Source of the DNA: Burkholderiales bacterium
GTDB taxonomy: Bacteria; Pseudomonadota; Gammaproteobacteria; Burkholderiales; Ga0077523
Reading direction: 5' to 3'
NCBI GenBank assembly: GCA_022843925.1
Contig: JALHMS010000001.1
Location: forward strand, 328,741-392,740
Length of the DNA: 64,000 nt
A model generated the notes under the pieces. The model was given only the letters and a program-made list of their open reading frames with translations. It ran no database searches and was not told where the DNA came from. The stretch's first letter is position 1; every line of letters starts with the position of its first letter. The position numbers were made by a program, and so were the translations under genes. Shown piece after piece: positions 57,998-64,000 of the stretch.

Positions 57998-59041
57998 TCA
58001 GCCGGGGAACAGATCCTTGTTGGCGGCCTTCGAGCGCGCTTCCGCAGCCGACACGACGCCCCGCTGCACCAGCGTCTGGAGATTCTGGTCCAGCGTCTGC
58101 ATGCCGTACTGCTGCCCGGTCTGGATCGCGGAATACATCTGCGCCACCTTCGCCTCGCGGATCAGGTTCCGGATGGCCGGGGTGCCGATCATGATCTCGT
58201 GGGCGGCCACGCGACTGGATCCATCCTTCGTCTTCAGCAGGGTCTGGGAGATCACGGCCCGGAGCGATTCCGAGAGCATCGCACGCACCATCTCCTTCTC
58301 GGCTGCCGGGAACACGTCGATGATCCGGTCGATCGTCTTGGCGGCGGAACTCGTGTGCAGCGTGCCGAACACCAGGTGACCGGTCTCGGCCGCGGTCATC
58401 GCGAGGCGGATCGTTTCGAGGTCGCGCATCTCACCGACCAGGATCACATCCGGGTCCTCGCGCAGCGCCGAGCGCAGTGCGTTCGAGAACGACAGCGTAT
58501 GCGGGCCGACCTCCCGCTGGTTGATCAGACACTTCTTCGATTCGTGCACGAACTCGATGGGGTCCTCCACCGTCAGTATGTGCCCGTGATCGTTTTCGTT
58601 GATGTCGTTCACCATCGCCGCCAGCGTCGTCGACTTGCCGGATCCGGTGGGCCCCGTCACCAGCACCACGCCGCGCGGGTACTTGGCGATCTCCTTGAAG
58701 ATCGCCGGGGCCTTCAGTTCCTCGAGCGTCAGAACCTTGGAAGGGATGGTCCGCATCACGGCGGCAGCGCCGCGCTGCTGGACGAAGGCGTTCACGCGGA
58801 AGCGGGCGAGGTTCGGAATGGCGAACGAGAAATCGCACTCGAGGGTTTCCTCGTAGTGCTTCCGCTGCCCGTCGTTCATGATGTCGTACACCATGGCGTG
58901 CACGTCCTTGTGCTCCATGGGGGGCAGGTTGATCCGCCGCACGTCACCATGCACGCGGATCATCGGCGGGAGCCCCGACGACAGGTGCAGGTCGGAGGCC
59001 TTGTTCTTCACGACGAAGGCGAGCAGTTCGGAGATGTCCAT
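57998..59041 (-). CDS. pilT: type IV pilus twitching-motility ATPase PilT
   Basis: 347 aa. MDISELLAFVVKNKASDLHLS, Walker A GPTGSGKSTT, and PilT signature GTPAIRNLIRE. Confidence 0.92.
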   Translation of the reverse strand: MDISELLAFVVKNKASDLHLSSGLPPMIRVHGDVRRINLPPMEHKDVHAMVYDIMNDGQRKHYEETLECDFSFAIPNLARFRVNAFVQQRGAAAVMRTIPSKVLTLEELKAPAIFKEIAKYPRGVVLVTGPTGSGKSTTLAAMVNDINENDHGHILTVEDPIEFVHESKKCLINQREVGPHTLSFSNALRSALREDPDVILVGEMRDLETIRLAMTAAETGHLVFGTLHTSSAAKTIDRIIDVFPAAEKEMVRAMLSESLRAVISQTLLKTKDGSSRVAAHEIMIGTPAIRNLIREAKVAQMYSAIQTGQQYGMQTLDQNLQTLVQRGVVSAAEARSKAANKDLFPG

Positions 59042-59170
59042 CTATAATCCTCGCGGTCGGGACGGGGCGTGGAGGGCATCCGAAAGCCAGTAGCGTGCCG
59101 GCCACTTCCAGTGGCTCCCCGCCCACCTGGAACTATACGGGCCGGTACATCATCCGGTCATCACTGCAGG

Positions 59171-59875
59171 GTGCCGAGAATTATCGAGTCTGCGTCGGAA
59201 CGGTTGCAAGGCGTGCAGTCCCGGATCGTGGCGGCTGCGCGTCTCGCCGGTCGCGATCCCGCCGGCATCCGCCTGATCGCCGTCTCCAAGACCTTCCCCG
59301 CCGAGGCCATCCTGGCCCTGCGCGAGGCCGGCCAGCGGGAGTTCGGGGAGAGCTATCTCCAGGAGACGGTCGCGAAGCAGGCGACCCTCGTCAATGCCGA
59401 TCTCGTCTGGCATTTCATCGGGCCCCTCCAGAGCAACAAGACGCGGATCGTGGCCGAGGCCTTCCAGTGGGTGCACTCGGTCGATCGCGCCAAGATCGCC
59501 GAGCGGCTGGCGACGCAACGCCCCGATCATCTCCCGCCACTCGACGTCTGCCTGCAGGTCAACGTGAGCGGCGAGGCCTCCAAGAGCGGCGTGGCCCCGG
59601 CGGAACTGCCCATCCTCGCCGAACTCGTCGCCGGTCTGCCCCGCCTGCGTCTCCGCGGCCTGATGGCCATCCCCGAACCCACGTCCGACGCGGCCCTGCA
59701 GAGGGCCCGTTTCCGTCACCTTCGGGAACTACGTGACGCGCTCGCGCAGGCCGTCGGCCCCCTCGACACCCTTTCGATGGGCATGTCCGACGATCTCGAG
59801 AGCGCCATCCTGGAAGGTGCCACGATGGTCCGGGTGGGGCGCGCACTCTTCGGGGAACGGTCTCCCGCTCCCTGA
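59171..59875 (+). CDS. yggS: YggS-family pyridoxal-phosphate homeostasis protein
   Basis: GTG at 59171 gives (M)PRIIESASERLQGVQSRI. PLP-lysine context LIAVSKTFP; also HFIGPLQSNK and SMGMSDD. Divergent from pilT, the classic arrangement. Confidence 0.85.
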   Translation: MPRIIESASERLQGVQSRIVAAARLAGRDPAGIRLIAVSKTFPAEAILALREAGQREFGESYLQETVAKQATLVNADLVWHFIGPLQSNKTRIVAEAFQWVHSVDRAKIAERLATQRPDHLPPLDVCLQVNVSGEASKSGVAPAELPILAELVAGLPRLRLRGLMAIPEPTSDAALQRARFRHLRELRDALAQAVGPLDTLSMGMSDDLESAILEGATMVRVGRALFGERSPAP

Positions 59876-59973
59876 CGCGCTACCCCTCCGGAAGGGGCGC
59901 AGGACCCGTCGGCCTCGTTATACTCGGCGCTCACCGCGGCATCCGCTTCGGAAAGTTGATAAAGGGAGAGGAA

Positions 59974-60498
59974 ATGATCAAGGCACTGCAGGCGTCCATC
60001 CTGACGCTGGGCTTGTTGAGCACGGCCGCCATGGCCGAATCGGCCTGGAACACACTCAACACGTACGAATCCATCCGCGTGTCCGCCCCTGCCGCCAAGG
60101 CCTTCGCCGCGGTGGCACGCTGGGACGCCCTCGAGTCGTGGTGCCCGGCATTCTCCAAGACGGAGATCGTGAGCGGCGGCAATGCCGTGGGTTCGGTCCG
60201 CGCGATCACTCTCAAGGATGGCCCCACCTTCACCGAAGAACTGTTGGCGCTCGACCCCGCCGGTCGCAGCTACAAGTACAAGATCATCGAGTCCCCCCTG
60301 CCGATCGTGGAGTACGTCTCCACCGTCCGCGTGTACGACATGGGTGGCTACAGCGAGATCGTCTGGCTGGCGAGCTACAAGCGGCGCGCCAAGGATGCTC
60401 CGACGGCCGAGACCGATGATCCGGCCATGATGAATCTCGTCGGTGGCCTCTACAAGGCGTGCCTCGGCAACGCGAAGAAGGTCGCCGAAGGTCTTTAG
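59974..60498 (+). CDS. SRPBCC-superfamily (polyketide cyclase/START-like) protein with signal peptide
   Basis: ATG at 59974 preceded by aagggagagg. MIKALQASILTLGLLSTAAMA, then ...WCPAFSKTEIVSGGN.VGSVRAITLKDG..FTEELL..D....YKYKI, as in SRPBCC ligand-binding proteins. Confidence 0.65.
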   Translation: MIKALQASILTLGLLSTAAMAESAWNTLNTYESIRVSAPAAKAFAAVARWDALESWCPAFSKTEIVSGGNAVGSVRAITLKDGPTFTEELLALDPAGRSYKYKIIESPLPIVEYVSTVRVYDMGGYSEIVWLASYKRRAKDAPTAETDDPAMMNLVGGLYKACLGNAKKVAEGL

Positions 60499-60636
60499 TC
60501 GTCGGACAGTTCCGGCTGGGAAGTCCCGCGGACGGGGGGCCAGGGCTGCCTCCCGTTCGTTTTTTCCAGGGGGCGCGGACGCGGTGCTGCCGCATCCCCT
60601 CCACCACGGCAAGACGCAGGCAACGACGGAACACGC

Positions 60637-61449
60637 ATGAAGATCGCGTTCATCGGCGGCGGCAACATGGCCAACGCCATCATCGGAGGTCTCCTGCAGC
60701 AGGGGGCCAATCCCGCCGATCTCCGGGTCGCGGAGATCGACCCCGACGCGCGCGAGCGCATCGCCGCGACGCTGGGCGTCGTGGCGGTCGCCAGTGGCGC
60801 GGAGGCGGCCGAGGGCGCGGAATGCGTCATCCTGGCCGTGAAGCCGCAGCAGATGCGCCCGGCCGTCGCCGCGGTCTCCGCCGCATGCGCGGACGCCATC
60901 GTCGTGAGCATCGCCGCCGGGATCCGCACCGCCGACCTGTCCCGATGGCTGGGCGGACACGATCGCATCGTCCGGGTCATGCCGAACACGCCCGCCCTCA
61001 TCCGCTCCGGAATCTCCGCAGCGTTCGCGCTGCCGGGGGTGACCGCCAGCGACCGCGAGGCAGTTCATGGACTCCTCGCGGCCGTCGGCCAGGTGCTCTG
61101 GGTCGACGAGGAGGGCAAGCTCGATGCCGTCACCGCGCTCTCCGGCAGCGGACCGGCCTATGCCTTCTACCTGATCGAGGCGATGCAGGAGGCCGCGCGG
61201 AAACTCGGTTTCGATGCCGCCGCTGCCCGCACCCTGAGCGTCCACACGGTGCTGGGTGCCGCGAAGCTTGCCGAGGCGAGCCCGGAAACGGCCGCAGTGC
61301 TGCGCGAGCGCGTGACCTCCAAGGGCGGCACGACGCAACGGGCCCTGGAAGTGCTGGAATCCCGCGGCGCGAAGGCCGCATTCGTCGAAGCCATCGAGGC
61401 CGCGGCCGTGCGCTCCCGCGAACTCGGCGACGCCTTCGGGAAGGACTGA
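60637..61449 (+). CDS. proC: pyrroline-5-carboxylate reductase
   Basis: 270 aa. MKIAFIGGGNMANAIIGGL, VMPNTPALI and SKGGTTQRAL motifs. Confidence 0.92.
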   Translation: MKIAFIGGGNMANAIIGGLLQQGANPADLRVAEIDPDARERIAATLGVVAVASGAEAAEGAECVILAVKPQQMRPAVAAVSAACADAIVVSIAAGIRTADLSRWLGGHDRIVRVMPNTPALIRSGISAAFALPGVTASDREAVHGLLAAVGQVLWVDEEGKLDAVTALSGSGPAYAFYLIEAMQEAARKLGFDAAAARTLSVHTVLGAAKLAEASPETAAVLRERVTSKGGTTQRALEVLESRGAKAAFVEAIEAAAVRSRELGDAFGKD

Positions 61450-61455
61450 TCCCCC

Positions 61456-62025
61456 ATGCTCCTTCAGGCACTCGTCTTCCTGCTCGACACGTTTCTCGGA
61501 CTCTTCGTCGCCGCGCTCCTGGTGCGCTTCTATCTGCAGATCGCACGCGCGCCAGCCCGCAACCAGATCTCGCAGTTCATCGCGGCGCTCACCGACTGGA
61601 TCGTCCGCCCCGCGCGGCGCGTCATTCCCGGCTGGGCGGGGCTCGACCTCTCGACGCTGGTGCTCGCGTGGCTGACGCAATTCCTCCTGCTGATCCTCAC
61701 CCACGTCCTCCAGACGTCCATGGCGGGCCTGCCGATCGTCGCCCTGGCCGTCCTGGCCGTCCTTGCGGTCGTGCGGACCAGCCTCTACATCCTGATGGGT
61801 GCGCTCATCGTGCAGGCCGTGCTGTCGTGGGTCGGCCCGCAGAGCCCCATCGCGCCGGTGGTGAATGCCCTGACACGCCCGTTCCTCCGGCCCATCCAGA
61901 AGCGCGTGCCGCCCGTGGGGAATGTGGATCTCTCGCCACTGCTGCTGCTCGTGGCGCTGCAGCTGGTGATCCAGATGCTGCTCCCGTGGTTCGGAGGCGC
62001 CCTGCTGAGCCTCCTCGGCGGCTGA
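61456..62025 (+). CDS. yggT: YggT-family membrane protein
   Basis: 189 aa with two YGGT-like repeats (LLVRFYLQ...; LSWVGPQSPIAPVVNALTRPFLRPIQKRVPPVGNVDLSPL). Confidence 0.85.
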   Translation: MLLQALVFLLDTFLGLFVAALLVRFYLQIARAPARNQISQFIAALTDWIVRPARRVIPGWAGLDLSTLVLAWLTQFLLLILTHVLQTSMAGLPIVALAVLAVLAVVRTSLYILMGALIVQAVLSWVGPQSPIAPVVNALTRPFLRPIQKRVPPVGNVDLSPLLLLVALQLVIQMLLPWFGGALLSLLGG

Positions 62026-62026
62026 G

Positions 62027-62359
62027 GTGGTCGGACCGCCGGTGTTGGAAGTGCCCCCCCCATGGGTGCGTTACGATCCTTCCATCGACGCGCTCATCCT
62101 GGAGTTGCATATCCAGCCCGGTGCATCGAAGACATCCGTCGCGGGCGTGCACGGTGACCGTCTGAGGCTGCGACTCGCCGCCCCACCCGTGGACGGCGAG
62201 GCCAATCGGGCGCTGGTGCGGTTCCTGGCCGATCGGCTCTCGGTGCCCCAGCGGGATGTCGATATCCTCCATGGGGCGGGCGGGCGGCGCAAGACGGTGC
62301 AGGTGCGGGGTGCAGGCCCCGGCGCGGCGGCGCGTCTCGCGAGCGGAGAATCGGCGTGA
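62027..62359 (+). CDS. yggU: DUF167 (YggU) family protein
   Basis: GTG start 1 nt after the yggT stop. LELHIQPGASKTSVAGVHGDRLRLRLAAPPVDGEANRALVRFLA is typical of DUF167. Confidence 0.8.
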   Translation: MVGPPVLEVPPPWVRYDPSIDALILELHIQPGASKTSVAGVHGDRLRLRLAAPPVDGEANRALVRFLADRLSVPQRDVDILHGAGGRRKTVQVRGAGPGAAARLASGESA

Positions 62360-64000
62360 CCCAGCTCGAAACCCTGGTGACTCGATACAGCGAATGGCGC
62401 GAGCAGCTGCGCGCCGGCATCGAGGCGTACCACGGTTGGCTCGACAGCCACGGGCACGTGGACATCCAGCGATCGCTGCGCCTGTACGACCTCGCCGAGA
62501 CGCTTCGGAACGATCGCATGGTGCTCGCCTTCCTCGCCGAGTTCTCGCGCGGGAAGTCCGAGCTGATCAACGCCATGTTCTTTTCGGACTACAAGCAGCG
62601 GCTGCTGCCCTCGACCGTCGGGCGCACGACCATGTGCCCCACCGAGATCTTCTTCGATCCGGGCGAGGAACCCTACATCCGGCTCCTGCCCATCGAGACC
62701 CGCGCGCGCAACGAGACCATCCTCGCCTGCAAGCATCGACCCCACGACTGGGTGAAGGTGCGCCTCGACCTCGCCAACCGGGAGGAGATCGCCAAGGCGT
62801 TCGGGATGCTCGCCCAGACCAAGACCGTGGAGGTCGAGGTGGCGCGCGGTCTCGGCCTGCTCGCGGAGGGCGATCTCTACACGACCACCGTGCTCGAGAA
62901 GAAGCTGCAGCGCGTGGAGATCCCGGCCTGGCGGCACGCGCTGATCAACTTCCCGCACCCGCTGCTGAAGAGCGGCCTCGTGATCCTCGACACGCCGGGC
63001 CTCAACGCGCTCGGCAGCGAGCCCGAGCTGACGGTGAGCATGATCCCCAACGCCCACGCCGTCCTGTTCCTGCTGGCCACCGACACGGGCGTGACGAAGA
63101 GCGACCTGTCCGTCTGGCAGAAGTACGTGAAGGGGCGCGTCGCGCGGTCCGTCGTCGTGCTGAACAAGATCGACCTGCTTTGGGACGATCTCAAGACCGA
63201 GGCAGAATCCGCCGCCGAGCTTGCCCGTCAGGTGGACGACACCGCGCGCATCCTCGACCTGCCGCGGGAGCACGTCATCGCGCTCTCGGCGCAGAAGGCG
63301 CTCGTCGCCCGCGTGCGCGACGACGAGGCGATGCTCGAGCGCAGCCGGATCCGCGAGCTGGAGGCGCTGCTCGCCGAGGAGATCATCCCCGCGAAGCAGG
63401 AGATCCTGCGCTCCGCCGTGCAGCGCGAGATCGGCGTGCTCGTGGACGGTTCTCTCCACACGGCCCGCAGCGAACTCGAGACGACCGTGACCGAGCTGAA
63501 GGACCTGACACAGCTCGCCGGCAAGAACCGCGAACTCGCGCGCGTGATGCTCACCCGCCTCGAGCGCGAGAAGACGACCTACCAGCATTCCGTGGACGCC
63601 TTCAAGGAGCACTACGGATCGGTGCTCCGCAAGGGCCATCAGCTCATCGCGACGCTGGCCGACGACGAGCTGGACCACGTCTTCTCCGAGAACCACAAGA
63701 CCATCGAGGGAAGCTGGACCACCGCCGGCCTCATGCGCAGCATGCGGGGGCTCTTCGACCAGTTCGGCGGCTACTCCAACAGCATGCTCGACTTCGCGAA
63801 CAGCACCACCGACTTCGTCGATGACGTCTACAGGACCTTCCACGAGCAGTACGCCTTCCCGAAGCTGCACCCGCCGCAGCTCAACCTCCAGAAGCACGTG
63901 GTGCGCATGGGGCAGCTCAAGCAATCCACGGAGGCGTTCTGTTCCGACCCGGTGAACGTCGCGTTCCCGAAGTTCGTCGTCGTGCGCAACTTCTACGAAC
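62356..64000 (+). CDS. bacterial dynamin-like GTPase (5' part; continues past the window end)
   Basis: Absent from the ORF track because there is no stop inside the window. I translated by hand from the GTG at 62356 (overlaps the yggU stop, GTGA) to 63999, which is 548 codons without a stop. G1 AEFSRGKSELINAM, G3 ILDTPGLNA, G4 VLNKIDLL, followed by long helical regions. Confidence 0.8.
   Translation, partial: MTQLETLVTRYSEWREQLRAGIEAYHGWLDSHGHVDIQRSLRLYDLAETLRNDRMVLAFLAEFSRGKSELINAMFFSDYKQRLLPSTVGRTTMCPTEIFFDPGEEPYIRLLPIETRARNETILACKHRPHDWVKVRLDLANREEIAKAFGMLAQTKTVEVEVARGLGLLAEGDLYTTTVLEKKLQRVEIPAWRHALINFPHPLLKSGLVILDTPGLNALGSEPELTVSMIPNAHAVLFLLATDTGVTKSDLSVWQKYVKGRVARSVVVLNKIDLLWDDLKTEAESAAELARQVDDTARILDLPREHVIALSAQKALVARVRDDEAMLERSRIRELEALLAEEIIPAKQEILRSAVQREIGVLVDGSLHTARSELETTVTELKDLTQLAGKNRELARVMLTRLEREKTTYQHSVDAFKEHYGSVLRKGHQLIATLADDELDHVFSENHKTIEGSWTTAGLMRSMRGLFDQFGGYSNSMLDFANSTTDFVDDVYRTFHEQYAFPKLHPPQLNLQKHVVRMGQLKQSTEAFCSDPVNVAFPKFVVVRNFYE

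Noticed and set aside
62071-63924. 617-aa minus-strand and 522-aa plus-strand (62256-63824) ORFs at the right end
   Set aside because: Both are shadows of the dynamin-like gene, which is in a third frame and carries clear G1/G3/G4 GTPase motifs. The shadow products are Arg/Gly/Ala-rich without motifs.
1-64000. Search by eye for CRISPR arrays, tRNA/rRNA genes, IS elements, integrases, phage genes and known defence-system genes
   Set aside because: I found no regularly spaced direct repeats, no tRNA-like T-arm (GGTTCGAATCC type) in any intergenic gap, and no transposase, integrase or phage-like ORFs. The non-coding gaps are all 318 nt or shorter. Only a proper tRNAscan/Infernal/BLAST run could exclude small RNAs.

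Overview
GC-rich (by eye, not computed), gene-dense chromosomal segment whose gene content and synteny look like a beta- or gammaproteobacterium; that taxonomic placement is inference only. About 60 protein genes fill almost the whole window. Most are core housekeeping: hemJ, potABCD, ubiE-ubiJ-ubiB, phoBR, uvrD, thrB, polA, pilT-pilU, and yggS-proC-yggT-yggU. An eight-gene operon combines a Liv-type ABC importer, an SDR and two CoA-ligase-like enzymes. There are also two chemoreceptors, a hybrid histidine kinase and several oxidoreductases. I saw no rRNA, tRNA, CRISPR array, transposase, integrase or prophage genes. Many very long ORFs in the supplied track (up to about 1300 aa) are wrong-frame or antisense shadows typical of high-GC DNA, so I re-derived real starts from internal Met/GTG/TTG codons, RBS-like motifs and stop/start overlaps. 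One real gene is missing from the track because it runs off the right edge: a dynamin-like GTPase starting at 62356. I found no convincing large novel multi-gene system. The candidates worth a second look are small. They are a tandem pair of unplaceable exported paralogues (25255-26018), a three-gene islet (51883-53691: secreted protein, tandem-RHH protein, exported HIRAN protein), a decayed toxin-antitoxin locus next to a REP/MITE-like element (18592-19178), the transporter plus CoA-ligase operon with a degenerate-P-loop PaaK-like enzyme, and the dynamin-like gene coupled to the yggS-yggU cluster. All family assignments come from motif recognition by eye; no database search was run.
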